Below are positions 1-11,450 of a DNA stretch of 64,000 nucleotides, piece by piece. Location of the stretch: positions 496,001 through 560,000 of the forward strand of contig OZ025663.1 of NCBI GenBank assembly GCA_964019335.1, given 5' to 3'. The DNA is from Diplonema japonicum (Eukaryota; Protista; Euglenozoa: Diplonemea). The first letter of the stretch is position 1. Every line of letters starts with the position of its first letter. Under the pieces are notes generated by a model. That model did no database searches. It was not told the DNA's origin and saw nothing but the letters and a program-made list of their open reading frames with translations. A program made the position numbers and the translations under genes.

Positions 1-2
1 GT

Positions 3-2048
3 ACTTCTGAAGATGAGTCTCTTGATCCCCACCCATTCCTCACACGGAAGCAGCACAGCGCTGTGAAAATGTTGGTAAGATCACTCCCTGCGTTTAAGGA
101 TCTTCTAAGCTCAATCGAAAACAAGCATGCAATGTGGAAGCCTTTTCTTGAAGGTAGCGGCGAGGCACCCTTGTCGTGGCGGGGCGATCTCAGCCCCTTT
201 CAAATGGTTGTTCTCGCAAGGCACGTGTCGCCCTCGCTGCTCGGCGAAATGATGCAAACAATGGCTGGCGTGCACCTTCCACATCCTCTTCCGGAAGGCA
301 GTGCGGCATTGTTCAGTGACATACTGTTCACACGCGTTATGCATCCGGGCACCCCAGTCGTCCTGCTGGTTGATGGCCAAACCTCTTTGAACACCAGACC
401 GCAGCTGGAAAAGATCGGGTGGGGCATTGGAGGCTACACCGTATTCAGCATACCACCCCTCGGAACAGAAGGCATCGTAAAATTGAAAGCTGTCATCAAA
501 AAGACAGAACAGCGGGAAGAGGTGAAGCAAGACGGCATTTGGGTACTTCTAGAGGACGTAACCAAGTATGACGAAAGTACTTTCCGAGCTCTGATGTGTA
601 CCATAGACGATATGTGTAAGTTGTCACGTGTGGACATACGCTTCAGGATATTCTTGGAAGTGGACGTCAAGCACTGGGCGAGTGTTCCGCCGTCTTTGAT
701 GAACTGCTCGCTGAAGCTGTTCAGCTACACCACGACGTCGATGAAGGCACACATTGTGAATTCGCTGGAGGCGGGACCTTTGACTAGGCAAAGGTTTGCC
801 TCGGCAGACCATCCCAGACTTAAGGAATATCACCAGTTGCTGCGTATTGCTACTACGTTCCACGCGGTGCTGGTGTGGCGGCAGTTAGTTGGGGTGCCAG
901 TGTCGGGGGTTGAAAACCATCGGTGGGATGACCGCGATCTCAAGATGCTTGTCGTGGAGATGGAAAGGTGCAACGCGGCGAGGAAGAAGTCCGACTTATG
1001 GATTGCAACCTCGAACCTCATCCAGGACTGCGTTTACGGCGCTTATACAACAGAGCTGGAGTCCAGTAGGTTGGCAAATCTGTTCCTCTTAGTGGTGGAA
1101 GATCTGTGCTCTGACGAACCTTCTAAGTGGTACGCCCCAAGCGCCGACCACACAGAGCAGCTGGCCATCGCGTCGCATCTCCCCCGGTTCTTCCCTGACA
1201 GTCTGTACCACATGTCTCCGTGTGCACAATCGGAGTACGTGGAGAGAAACGCAGACACGTTGCTAAGCATTATCACACAATGTGAAGGAAACACCAGAGT
1301 CCAGAGTGTGGTTGGCTTGGACACCGAAACGTCTCTCGACATGGTGATAAACGAGCTGCAAAACCTTGAGATACAGGAATCGAAACAACCTGCCAGCGAC
1401 ACGATGCAGTTGATGAGAGAGGCTGAGATACATATGCACAACAAACAGATGAAATCGTTATTGACGCAAATATCACAATGCAATACATTACTCCTTGGAG
1501 ACGTGCCTTCTGGATGGGATAAGGTCTTGCCAAGTCACTACATGGATATAACCCGGAAAGGGCAGCCTTTGGCATTCTTACTGGCGCTGCTGGAAAAGAG
1601 AAAGGAGTATCTTAATGGGTGGAACGACAGGACGCTTTGGTTGCCTGCGTTCAGTGTGCCTTATGCAGTGCTGATGTGTTTTACGAACGTGGGAGACGAT
1701 AGATTTCGTGCGGTGCTTCTGAAGGGGCAGCCCCATGAAACGGAGGGTAGAGTTGAGCTCACCAACTTGTCTTTGCACAACGCCAGTTGGTGTTCTACAG
1801 ATAAGATCAGTTTTTGCAAAACACTCAAGGAAGAGCCCTTTTCAATCCTCCTCCAGCCAGAAGAGTGCCCTTTCACCGAGGGCAGCACTATCGAACTCCC
1901 CCTCCTCCTCTCTGGATCCACAACTACTACTCCCGTCCACTGTTGCACTATCGAGTTCCCTACTTCTGCTGGCAGTGAGCAGGCCTGTCGCTCTCTTGCT
2001 GCGCACCTTCCCTGCATCCTTAGTCTCCTTTCAAACTCCTTTTCTTAA
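3..2048 (+). CDS. Divergent dynein heavy chain-like protein, C-terminal part (gene starts upstream of window)
   Basis: Frame is open from the window start. GIWVLLEDV, FRIFLE, FHAVLVWRQ, YGAY and LWLPAFSVPYAVL resemble the DHC AAA6/lid/C-terminal motifs (WVLLQN, FRLWL, FHAVVQER, YGG, WLSGFFxPQ). Confidence 0.7.
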   Translation, partial: TSEDESLDPHPFLTRKQHSAVKMLVRSLPAFKDLLSSIENKHAMWKPFLEGSGEAPLSWRGDLSPFQMVVLARHVSPSLLGEMMQTMAGVHLPHPLPEGSAALFSDILFTRVMHPGTPVVLLVDGQTSLNTRPQLEKIGWGIGGYTVFSIPPLGTEGIVKLKAVIKKTEQREEVKQDGIWVLLEDVTKYDESTFRALMCTIDDMCKLSRVDIRFRIFLEVDVKHWASVPPSLMNCSLKLFSYTTTSMKAHIVNSLEAGPLTRQRFASADHPRLKEYHQLLRIATTFHAVLVWRQLVGVPVSGVENHRWDDRDLKMLVVEMERCNAARKKSDLWIATSNLIQDCVYGAYTTELESSRLANLFLLVVEDLCSDEPSKWYAPSADHTEQLAIASHLPRFFPDSLYHMSPCAQSEYVERNADTLLSIITQCEGNTRVQSVVGLDTETSLDMVINELQNLEIQESKQPASDTMQLMREAEIHMHNKQMKSLLTQISQCNTLLLGDVPSGWDKVLPSHYMDITRKGQPLAFLLALLEKRKEYLNGWNDRTLWLPAFSVPYAVLMCFTNVGDDRFRAVLLKGQPHETEGRVELTNLSLHNASWCSTDKISFCKTLKEEPFSILLQPEECPFTEGSTIELPLLLSGSTTTTPVHCCTIEFPTSAGSEQACRSLAAHLPCILSLLSNSFS

Positions 2049-2145
2049 GAGGCTTCTTACGTGTGCCCTTGATCCCTTCAGTAGTAACTTCTTTATTTTT
2101 CTGCTTTTGTTTTGCCATAAAAAAAATATAGAAAGGGTGGAAAAG

Positions 2146-2217
2146 AGGGCACGCCCGGGTTCGAACCAGGGACCAATCGGACTGCAGCCGAACGCTCTAC
2201 CACTGAGCTACGTACCC
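2146..2217 (-). tRNA. tRNA-Cys(GCA), copy 1
   Basis: 72-nt cloverleaf GGGTACGTAGCTCAGTGGTAGAGC...CT-GCA-GT...GGTTCGAACCC...GTGCCCT, followed by a CTTTT terminator. Confidence 0.95.
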
Positions 2218-2302
2218 ATACGAACCAATTTCGTGCTATAATAATAAGTACCGTACATAGAGACGATTGTATTCGTGAAAGTTGCCCGAATTTACTTTCA
2301 TC

Positions 2303-2374
2303 GGGTACGTAGCTCAGTGGTAGAGCGTTCGGCTGCAGTCCGATTGGTCCCTGGTTCGAACCCGGGCGTGCCCT
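2303..2374 (+). tRNA. tRNA-Cys(GCA), copy 2 (identical, divergently oriented)
   Basis: Exact reverse complement of 2146-2217, followed by CTTTT. Confidence 0.95.
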
Positions 2375-2445
2375 CTTTTCTCCCCCCGTTTTTTCTTATC
2401 CTATCATTCCATTACCAGGAGAAGCCACATGGAAAAGGAGAGGTT

Positions 2446-4983
2446 ATGCAACTAGAGGGACAGCAACCGAAAGAAGATAGAGTGAAGGTCAGAGTGCAAC
2501 TGACACAGCTGTGTTCAGAACGTCCAGATTATTCCTTACAAATAGACAGGAATGCCGTTGTCGTGTTGGCTCCGCCTCAGCCGTTGACTTTCGCATTTGA
2601 CTCCGCACATGAGCCAATCAGCAAGGTGCACTACAATGCCCCGCTTGGATTGTATGATGATTGTCAAGATGAAGTAAACCAGCTTCTCATTGGTGTAAAC
2701 ACGTGCATAATGTTTATGGGGCACGAAACCTTTAAGAAGCATCCTCACGACATCACTGATGGGTTTTTATCGAAACTTTTTAATGGTATCTTCGCTGGTG
2801 TCGATAGACAGATGACAAGTCACCACGTTACAGTAAAGGCGCAATTTGTTGCATGCAGCAATTCCACTCGTGAAACATTGAAGCATTATGCGGACTTGCT
2901 TTCAACTTCAGGCGACGTCCCATACTCCGCATATTCCTCCCTTAGTAGCTACGATGCCGTTTTCGATGCGACGAGTGTGACTCTAGACAGGCCCGAGGAC
3001 GGTGTAAACTGTTATGTGATGGGGCTGCACCAGCTTCAGGCACACTACTCTCAAGCAGTGCTAACCGAGGTGTCTAGCATCTTTGTAGTTGATGTGATCC
3101 AAGCGCCTCGCATGCCTGATGATGTGCCATTTGCAAGCAAGCTGTTTATTGTAACCCTCCCCTGCTATACCAATGCAGGCACAGGTGATGCCCTTTCACG
3201 CTTCACCATGTTCACTGACGATGTGCTTCACACGTATGAAGGGGGCCGCGCTGTAGTCAACACTACCGCTCCCAAGTCGAATGACCCTTTACATGAGATC
3301 CTCATCGGTGAAGGGCTCATTGGGGGAAACTGCACCACAACTCTCGTTCTGCTGCTTGAAGCAAAGGCCGCCACCGACGTCTCAACGGTGTATAAGATCC
3401 TTGACAGAACCAGCAAGCTGCGCGATATCGTGAGCACACCACTTATCAATGACGCACAGACGCTGCTCTACACTACACGCATGAAGAACGCTTACAACCT
3501 ATTCAGACAGATATGCACAGAGAACGGGAGGGCTGTCCCTCTGAACGAGTTCGATAAGTACACTATCAGACACGAGGTGCAGCTCGAGCGAATCAAAGGG
3601 CAACTTGTGCTGTACACGGAGAGGTGTGAAAAGCTGCAAAGCGAGCTCGTGGACAGCGAAAGGGAGAGATTACATCTGGCCAGAACTTTAGAGAGGCTTA
3701 AAGAGACAGGTGATGTGCAGCAGTCAGCACAACATCATACCAACGAAGAGCTGATGGAGAGACTCACGGTGTTCGAGAAAGAGCTTCTTAGAACAAAAAT
3801 GGAAGCCGAAGTGCGGCGGGAGGTAGAGGATAAAGGTAGAGAGACAGATGCCGAGAAACAAGAAATTGAAAAAGAGTACATGTCTTTGCGTGCAAATTAC
3901 GACCACTTGCAAGGACAAAACACCGAAATAAGGAACCAAAATACCGAGCTTAGAGAGCAACAGAACGAACTGAACTTGAAGAATACAACATCTGCGGATG
4001 AAATCGTGCGCCTCAAAGATGAGCTCGAGACCTGCAATAAGAACCTCGAGGCACAGCAGAGAGCGCATGATGAAAAGATACACCGAGCTGAAGAGCGAAA
4101 TGAAATCCACATTCTGAAGCTAGAGGCGGCTTTGGCACAGGCCCGTGATCAAGAGCCGCAAGCGGACAACAAGGTGCTGCTGCAACTGCAGGCACAACAC
4201 ATACAAGAGCTGAGGTCGCTTATCAAAGGGGATTCTGACGCTTATGATGTGTTTTCGACTGCTGTAGATGATCTTCTTGACATGGTGCACCCAGGTGGCG
4301 GAGAGGCACCCAAGCCGGATAGGATGATGTTACAGAGACAAGCGCGCCACTCCAGGCAGTTGCTAGAGTTAGAGACGGAGCTGGCCAAGGCTAAGGATAA
4401 GGGAGAAGAGTCACCAGTGGCTCATGAAGATCCATTGTTAAGGGAGGAACTATATAAGCTAAGGAAGAAGGTGCGGGATCTTAAGCAGGATGTCTCTGCA
4501 AAGGAAAAGGCTGTGTCTGATGCGAAACAGAAGATGCTATCTGTAAAGACGCAGCACGTGGCAGAGCTGAGGAGCGTGATGAGGGATGGAGACGCGCAGG
4601 AGGCAGTGCTACAGGCACTGGACGAGCTCTTGCAAATGATCGAGTGTGATGCCGATACCGCCAAGGCAGGTATCCTCCAGCGCCAAGCACGCCACACAAA
4701 GCACATCCTCGACCTTGAAGCCAGACTGAAGGAAGCTGTCAAGAACACCACCCATGAAATGCTCCTCCCCGAAGACCCGCAGTGCTCTTTCAAAGACTTC
4801 CTCTCTGGACCCTACCAAGATCTCGTAAGGGAAAGAGAAGATCTCCGAGCCAGGGCCTTCAGAGCAGAGGCGGAGCGCGACCAGATGGAACAAAACCTCA
4901 TCGCCAAAATAGAGCTTTTCCAGAGGGAAAAGAACCAGATGCAAGCGGATCTTGCTAGCGCGAGGGCTGGGCAACACTTTTGA
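2446..4983 (+). CDS. Kinesin-like protein with degenerate motor domain and long coiled coil
   Basis: RVKVRV, TFAFD, GVNTCIMFMG, SKLFIVTL and GGNCTTTLV follow kinesin motor motif order, then heptad-rich coiled coil. ATG 2446 chosen because the longer ORF overlaps the tRNA. Confidence 0.65.
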   Translation: MQLEGQQPKEDRVKVRVQLTQLCSERPDYSLQIDRNAVVVLAPPQPLTFAFDSAHEPISKVHYNAPLGLYDDCQDEVNQLLIGVNTCIMFMGHETFKKHPHDITDGFLSKLFNGIFAGVDRQMTSHHVTVKAQFVACSNSTRETLKHYADLLSTSGDVPYSAYSSLSSYDAVFDATSVTLDRPEDGVNCYVMGLHQLQAHYSQAVLTEVSSIFVVDVIQAPRMPDDVPFASKLFIVTLPCYTNAGTGDALSRFTMFTDDVLHTYEGGRAVVNTTAPKSNDPLHEILIGEGLIGGNCTTTLVLLLEAKAATDVSTVYKILDRTSKLRDIVSTPLINDAQTLLYTTRMKNAYNLFRQICTENGRAVPLNEFDKYTIRHEVQLERIKGQLVLYTERCEKLQSELVDSERERLHLARTLERLKETGDVQQSAQHHTNEELMERLTVFEKELLRTKMEAEVRREVEDKGRETDAEKQEIEKEYMSLRANYDHLQGQNTEIRNQNTELREQQNELNLKNTTSADEIVRLKDELETCNKNLEAQQRAHDEKIHRAEERNEIHILKLEAALAQARDQEPQADNKVLLQLQAQHIQELRSLIKGDSDAYDVFSTAVDDLLDMVHPGGGEAPKPDRMMLQRQARHSRQLLELETELAKAKDKGEESPVAHEDPLLREELYKLRKKVRDLKQDVSAKEKAVSDAKQKMLSVKTQHVAELRSVMRDGDAQEAVLQALDELLQMIECDADTAKAGILQRQARHTKHILDLEARLKEAVKNTTHEMLLPEDPQCSFKDFLSGPYQDLVREREDLRARAFRAEAERDQMEQNLIAKIELFQREKNQMQADLASARAGQHF

Positions 4984-5441
4984 AACCAGGAAGAAATTAT
5001 GAAGAAAGAAAAGAAAGTCCACATTTATATTAATTGACGTTCCTATTTTTTTTTTTTTTTTTTTTGGTGGTGGGGATAACATGGAAATATAAAGAAGTAC
5101 ATCAGATGTGTTGTTCGCTGTTGACCTCCCCGTCGGTCATCACCGGTAGCGCCCAAGTGGAAGAAGCAGATGCTCTGGTTGGCGAACAGGCAGCAAACTA
5201 CACGGGCTCAGAATCTTGGTTACCCGGTGCGCCCCGGCTGGGGCTGAGCTGCACACCGCACGCATTAAGGACACGACGCGGAACGCAGAAGAAGCTACAG
5301 CTAGGCCGAGGTGCGCCCCCTGTAATCAAGTAAATGGTGCTTGTGCAGGGTGCCCCCACCGGCTTCCTTTAAATCATCGAGTTTTTTTTGTACTCATGTT
5401 TTGTCAGAAGGGGGACAGGGGGTATCAAAATAGTATAAGGC

Positions 5442-7137
5442 ATGCAATCGATAGGAGAGGAGAAGGACGAAGCCCAAGCAGGCGTGCTTGGCGGAGAAGG
5501 GAATGGGAAGAGACCACCGGAAATTGATGTTATGATGGCGTTGGTGTCAGGGGTGTTCCCGTCGTGGGTGAATGAGCACACGACAGCGGAGGTGGTGGAC
5601 CCCGCAACGAAAGAGCGGTTGATGGTGCCGCTGGCCAACATGGAGAACACGAACGGGCTGCGGACTTACTTTTTGAACAGAGATAACCCCAAAAGAAGAG
5701 AGAGCTACTTGTGCATGTTGTACCAGAAAACAAGGTGTAAGAGCCATGCAAGGTGCAACCAAATACACGCTGACAGAGAATTCGTGAAAGTGAAGAGAGA
5801 AGAGAAGAACGGTGGGGCCGATGTGGAACCTTACTCGGACCAGAGATCAAACGAAGTAATTGTACAGGACCCATCCAACCCTAGCAGCCGGGTGGTCATA
5901 CCTTATACTAAAACCATTGACACGTTAGGCAGGATAAAGTACCTCGAGTCGCAGCAGTCCACCTCCCCGCCTCTCCAAGAGCTGCCCATGTACCAGCTCT
6001 GCCCTGGCATCGTCAACAGCAAGGGCTGCTCCTCTCCCGGCGGTCCCTCCCAATGCCCCCATATCCACGCTCAAACCGATTTCCTTCAATTTTTAAAACG
6101 GCCCAGAGCCTGTTGCAAACTGCATGGTGACCAGGTCCCCGACTTCCCGTTCAAGGGAAGGATATTTATGGTAAACAGACACACGCAGAGGTATTGATAT
6201 TTTCTGTAAGGGGGAAGAAGATGACAAAAAAAAAAAAAAAAAAAAAAAGGTGCCCGTTGCCAGTCGAGAGAATAACGCACACGAGAGGTCTGAAAGAGCT
6301 GCTGCCCCCGACATCGATGCTGCTGGTATTCTTTTGTTTCTGTTTTTCTTATAAAACGCCAGGTGTTCAATGCTAACCGCGTCTGCAGGATGTTCTTGGA
6401 AGGGAAGTGTCCCTTCGGTGCGCAATGTGCGAACCTGCATGTGTGCAGGGAGTTCTACGCCTTTTACGTGAACGCGTCCAACCCGAGCCTCGTAAGCTTG
6501 GGGATGCCGTCGATGCCGGGCACACCTGGAAATTTCAAAAAGCCTCCTGAACAGGAGCAGTACGCCCCACTCAACGTAGGCAGTGTGGGCATGGGCGGGA
6601 TGAATAGCATGGGCGGCATGGGTGCGATGCCTGGCATGGGTGGAATGGGAATGAACATTGGAGCTACACTCCCAGGCATGCCGCACATGGGCATGCAGCT
6701 ATTTGAAACGTTTGGTATACCACTGGCAACGGAAGAAGGGCCTGTGCCCTTGGATGTCTTGCCCCCTCAGGTGTGGAAGCGAAAAAGAAAAAAGAAAAAG
6801 AAAACAAAAAATAGGCGCGGTGCCGTGCTCTGAACATCCCTCCTGGTGCTGCCCCTGCATCGAACCCCTTCTTCTATGGGGTGGGCGGTGAAGGTGCAAA
6901 GGATATGAACCAGGGGGCAGAACCGACAGACACCGATTCCAGTCCTGCTTCGCCAACTTCGATAGATGCGAACGGGAGGGGTGCTGAGCCACATCTTTCA
7001 AGCGATGCTGGGGCATGGTATGAATATTATTTTTTTTTTTTTTTGGGCGGAGGAATATTACCCCCAGGTTGCCTTCACGTAATGCGCCCCCCGACAATGT
7101 AGGGTTTACTGATAGTTTTGCTGAGCAATATGTTTGA
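5442..7137 (+). CDS. Multi-CCCH zinc-finger RNA-binding protein; predicted exons 5442-6190, 6250-6325, 6363-6770, 6815-7017, 7068-7137
   Basis: Three CCCH-type motifs (CMLYQKTRCKSHARCNQIH; CPGIVNSKGC...CPHIH; CRMFLEGKCPFGAQCANLH). Four short GT-AG introns join the ORF fragments in frame. Confidence 0.75.
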
Positions 7138-8295
7138 GAAGAAGAAAAAGGGGTGGGAGAAAAAAAAAAAAAAAAGAAAAAAACAAGAAAGCATGCAACG
7201 TCTTCCATTTTTTTTTCTTCCCCTCCCCACTCACTTTCTCCCCTCTTTTCTTCCATTTTGAAAAAAAAAAAAAAAAAGAAATACCTTCGCAAACTTCCTT
7301 CTTCTTTTATCTTTCTTTTTTTTCCTTCTTTTGTTTTTTTTATATACTTTTGTTTTTTTGTTCTCTGACTTTATGTCCTCCTTTTTTTTTTTTCTTCGGA
7401 AGAGGGGGATTTTTTTTTTTTGGACAAATAAAAAAGAAGTGATGAGCTGAAGAAGTGGAAATATTGTATTTCTTCCCCCCCTCCCCCCTTCCGTTTTCTT
7501 TTTTTTGCACAAAATAGGCAGAACGAGGAAAAGAAACAAGGAAGAAACAAAAAAAAAAAAAAGATTATAGTAATAATACGGAGCAACTTTGTCATTGATT
7601 TTCTTTATTTCTCGAGTACGAAGAGAGAAAGGAGGACAGAGAAAAAAGAAAGAAAAAAAAAAAGCTGTGAAAGAAAGAAGGAGACCCTCCCTTCGGTTAT
7701 TTCTCTTTACTGGTCCAAAGACAATGTGGCCCAAGAAGTGTGTGTCTTGTTTTATAGTTGAATTTGCCCCCCCCTCCCCCCCCGTCCCTTTTCAAGAAGA
7801 TAGTGTTATAGGTGTTTTTTTTCTTCTTGTCTTTCCACTTCCTTCATCCCCCTTTGAATTTAAAGCGATTTTCCCCCACAACGTCTTTTCTATTATTCTT
7901 TTAGTTGCCCCCCTGAGGGGGAGAGTGGGCTCTAGCACAAAAAAAAAAGAAAAGAAGAAAAAAAAGTCACTCACTTATCCAACGTCTTTCCCCTCTTGTT
8001 TTTTTTTTTTTGATTTCTGTCACACGTCACATATATTATTTGTAATCGGTGCAGCTATCCTCCCCCTTAAAAAAGAAAGCGGGTGGGAGAAAAACAAAAG
8101 TTATTTCCGCCCTCCCTTCCTGTCCTACGAGAAAAAAAAAAAGAAGGAAATGAAAAGGGGGAGAAGGAAAGAGGGAAAAAAAAAGAAAAAGCCCCCCCCC
8201 TTTTTTTTTCCCAATTTATTATGATCTTCCCTCCCCCAGTTTCTGTGTCCGGCGAAAGGACGTCATTGGATGAAGAAAAAAAAAAGAAAAGGAAG

Positions 8296-8328
<33 letters not shown>

Positions 8329-8576
8329 AAAACTAGCAAAAGAGGCCTTTTTTTTTTTTAAAAAAAAAAAGGAAGGGAGGGGCTAACACCTGCCAGCGAC
8401 ATACAAGATTTCTTCTTTTTTTTATATTTCCTTTTTTTTTTTTTTTTTTTTTATCTGTTTTTTCTTCCCACACCCATTTCTTTTTTAATTTTTTTTCTCA
8501 TTCATCCTACGTTGCGTCGGGGGGGGGGTTTTTTTTTGTGAAACCATAAGAAAAAAAAAAGAAAACCAACAAGAAA

Positions 8577-9119
8577 ATGCCACTCCACCCATACGTACGC
8601 AGCTTGTACAGGGGTTTTTTAGAAGTAGGTAAGTATCATCCTACTATGAACTATGCAGAGGTGAAGGAGGTGGCCAAGGTAGAGTTTAAAAGGAGGGGAG
8701 GGGACAGTGACCCGGACATGATGAAGAAGGCTTTAGCTTACGGAAGAAAACAGTTGCGGCACTTGAAGAATGGAATGCTCACATACAATGTGTCAAAGGG
8801 GGGTGCCTTGGCGATGGACTGGAAGGCTGAAAATGACCGGCGGGCAGCAGACGCGCTTCTAAGTGAAGACGGCCGTGTGAGGTACATGCCCAAGAGGGTG
8901 GTTTTCGATGGATTTCGTGGTTCGCTGCCAGCTTCTACTCGATCCCCTCGGCTTAGCATACCAGAAAGGGAGAGGCTTGGCCTAATCAACACCCCACAAG
9001 CCACTCAATCCTTGTTATCCGACCCCCGATACCAGACACCAGCCATCCCAACACGGGCAGACCCTGCCAGCACACCCCACACTGTCCTCGGCGCACCAAA
9101 GCCGCAAAAACATTTCTAA
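8577..9119 (+). CDS. LYR-motif (Complex1_LYR-like) protein
   Basis: N-terminal VRSLYRGFL...EFKR motif and downstream helix KALAYGRKQL. Confidence 0.75.
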   Translation: MPLHPYVRSLYRGFLEVGKYHPTMNYAEVKEVAKVEFKRRGGDSDPDMMKKALAYGRKQLRHLKNGMLTYNVSKGGALAMDWKAENDRRAADALLSEDGRVRYMPKRVVFDGFRGSLPASTRSPRLSIPERERLGLINTPQATQSLLSDPRYQTPAIPTRADPASTPHTVLGAPKPQKHF

Positions 9120-9260
9120 TCTTCAAGAACCCTTTTTAAAGTTTTTTTTTTTTTTTTTTTTGAACCTTTCCTTTGGTTTCAAAATTCATTTCACAGAGGA
9201 GGGGTAAAGGTGGAGGAGGGGGTAAGGGGAGGGAGCGAGTCGCCCTAACCTAACCACACG

Positions 9261-11450
9261 ATGCTCCATCGCAAACCCCCCAAAGGTCCCCTGCCGCCCA
9301 TCGACCTACAGTTAGATCAAGACTGGACGAAAGACGGTGTGAGCGTGCGGAACACAAACAACGGAATGCATGTGGAAGTGAAGGAAGAGAAGGGAACAGT
9401 GGTGATCACAGAGAAAGGAACAGTGATGCGAAACGGGGAAAGTATGGGGTTGTACCATTCACAGAAGTGCAGAGAGGTGAACTGCACGCAGTGCCTGTTC
9501 TACCACATGGACGAGGCGAGGAACAGTGCGAAGGACGAGATGATCGGGCAGGGTTCGCAGGGGTTGGTGTACAGGTTTTACGGAAAAGACAAGAAGGCCT
9601 ACGTGCGGAAAGATGTGAGCTTAAAAGGGACAAGCATCGCACCAGTGATGTCGCAGCTGCTTGATGAACAGGCCAAGTCTGGCGTGGCAGCGTCTGTTGA
9701 GGGTGAGGTCAACCGGTTGTTCGTAAGGGGCACACATATTGTCACCTTGCACGGCATCAGACTCAACACAGCTTGCACAGCGCCTTCCACGAGTCCGCGT
9801 GTTTCCAAGAATGTTGGGAACACACGTCAGACGCTTGAGTTTGTGATGGAGTACATGGACTGGACACTTGAAGCGTTGCAGGACTTTGCCAAGCTCGTTG
9901 ATCAAAGGGTCCTCAACCGCATTGCCTCCCGCTGCATCATCGACAAGGACCCTGATCTTGGTGCCCCACACTGCGCTGTCATTGCGGCATCCATCGCTGC
10001 CGTCATGGCCAGCTGCTCGAAACGCTACTCCCTCGCACTCTACATGCGTTCGCACCCTTCTGGGTACAGACGAAAATGCGGCTGCTGCAGCATGGACAGT
10101 GACGACACACCCAAGCCACGCATCGTCGGCAGAAGTGACTACGGCGTGCTGCCCGAACCTATCCTCCTCAATATCTTCAAGCAGACGGCCTGCGGCATCG
10201 AACGGCTGTCCCAGTGCTGCATCATCCACAAGGACATCAAGCCATCGAACATCCTTGTCGACAGGCTTGGGAGAGTCAAGTTCGCAGACTTCGGGACGTC
10301 TAAAAAAGGTAGAAAAGACAGAGACACGAAGGTGACTGTGGCGTCGCCGTGCGGGATGTCGACAAGGATCTACAAGGCACCTGAGCTCGCGGAGAGCATG
10401 TTGGTCGACCTCACCGAGCTGATGACTTCGCAAGAGAAGCAAATCACTGCTGCCGCTGACATCTGGTCGCTCGGCCTGACGATGCTTGTCCTGGCAACGC
10501 CTCACAAGTACGGTCCATGGCCGCCTGAGTTCGCGCCCCACGGCGGGAGGAGGGACATGTTCTACCACCCTGTTTGCGTGAATGACTTCCGCGTCCCAGC
10601 TTCCCTTTCCGAACCGTTCTCATCACTGCTGGGGAGGTGTCTTGCCCACACACCGTCCTCACGGCCCACACCATTGGAGCTGTCGAACCACGCCACACTC
10701 CCTTTACGCTGCTATTGTAAGCATGAAGGGTCCGGGGTGTATGAAGGACAGGGCGTGAGGATGGCAGGGTTTATTGAATGTTTGCTGGCGGTGGTGAGCC
10801 CGTTGGAGGAAGGCAGGAAGGCGAGGACGAAGCTGCTGCAGCATGGGTTGGAGCCCGTGGAGGCAGCACCGGGGCCTTTAGAATTCTCGAACTGGTGCGA
10901 CGACACGCTGCGTGCACTGGAGAACTTGAACAAGTTTGGAAAGTCGGCGAGCGCATGGGACGTGGCACAGTACTATGATGAAGGGAGCACGTCAAGGAGA
11001 GGGGGGAGGGGGTCCCTCCATGCTCCCAACCATGAGGTCTGCAGAGACACGTTACCCGTCTTGGAGGTCACAACACCTGTTGTTGTCACGCCAGCTGAGG
11101 CGGATCTGTCGTCCGAGAGCTTGAAAGGACTGCACAAGCTACACAAAGCACTTCGCGATCGGCAGGAAATGCTGGCACGTATCGAGGCCCCTCTGTGTTG
11201 CGAAATCTACGGCACCGGGCTAGCCATTCAGGTGGGTGGAATACCCGATTTGCAAGAAGATACCTATTCACCTGAACTAATGCGCCCCGTCACTGGATAC
11301 GACCGTTTGAGTGAGATGCAACATCAGAAGATGGATCGAAAAATCCAGAAGCGGCACCAGCAGTTTGTGAACAGCAAACACGACAAACTAGCTCCAAAGT
11401 CCGCCATAGACGGGCTGACAGAGCTTCTCTCCGATCGTAGCAAGAAGTAA
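9261..11450 (+). CDS. Ser/Thr protein kinase, STE/MAP2K-like, with large inserts
   Basis: IGQGSQGLV, HKDIKPSNIL, FADFG, YKAPE, ADIWSLG. Confidence 0.9.
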   Translation: MLHRKPPKGPLPPIDLQLDQDWTKDGVSVRNTNNGMHVEVKEEKGTVVITEKGTVMRNGESMGLYHSQKCREVNCTQCLFYHMDEARNSAKDEMIGQGSQGLVYRFYGKDKKAYVRKDVSLKGTSIAPVMSQLLDEQAKSGVAASVEGEVNRLFVRGTHIVTLHGIRLNTACTAPSTSPRVSKNVGNTRQTLEFVMEYMDWTLEALQDFAKLVDQRVLNRIASRCIIDKDPDLGAPHCAVIAASIAAVMASCSKRYSLALYMRSHPSGYRRKCGCCSMDSDDTPKPRIVGRSDYGVLPEPILLNIFKQTACGIERLSQCCIIHKDIKPSNILVDRLGRVKFADFGTSKKGRKDRDTKVTVASPCGMSTRIYKAPELAESMLVDLTELMTSQEKQITAAADIWSLGLTMLVLATPHKYGPWPPEFAPHGGRRDMFYHPVCVNDFRVPASLSEPFSSLLGRCLAHTPSSRPTPLELSNHATLPLRCYCKHEGSGVYEGQGVRMAGFIECLLAVVSPLEEGRKARTKLLQHGLEPVEAAPGPLEFSNWCDDTLRALENLNKFGKSASAWDVAQYYDEGSTSRRGGRGSLHAPNHEVCRDTLPVLEVTTPVVVTPAEADLSSESLKGLHKLHKALRDRQEMLARIEAPLCCEIYGTGLAIQVGGIPDLQEDTYSPELMRPVTGYDRLSEMQHQKMDRKIQKRHQQFVNSKHDKLAPKSAIDGLTELLSDRSKK

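Noticed and set aside
2275-2445. N-terminal extension of the 902-aa ORF
   Set aside because: Overlaps the tRNA-Cys gene and starts at GTG; ATG 2446 is more plausible.
5100-5370. GC-rich non-homopolymer stretch with short ORFs
   Set aside because: No recognisable motif or consistent splice model; left unannotated.
7134-8361. Many poly-Lys/poly-Phe ORFs here and in other spacers
   Set aside because: Translations of A/T homopolymer tracts, with no domain signal.
9245-9256. CCCTAACCTAACC telomere-like motif
   Set aside because: Under three units; chance level.
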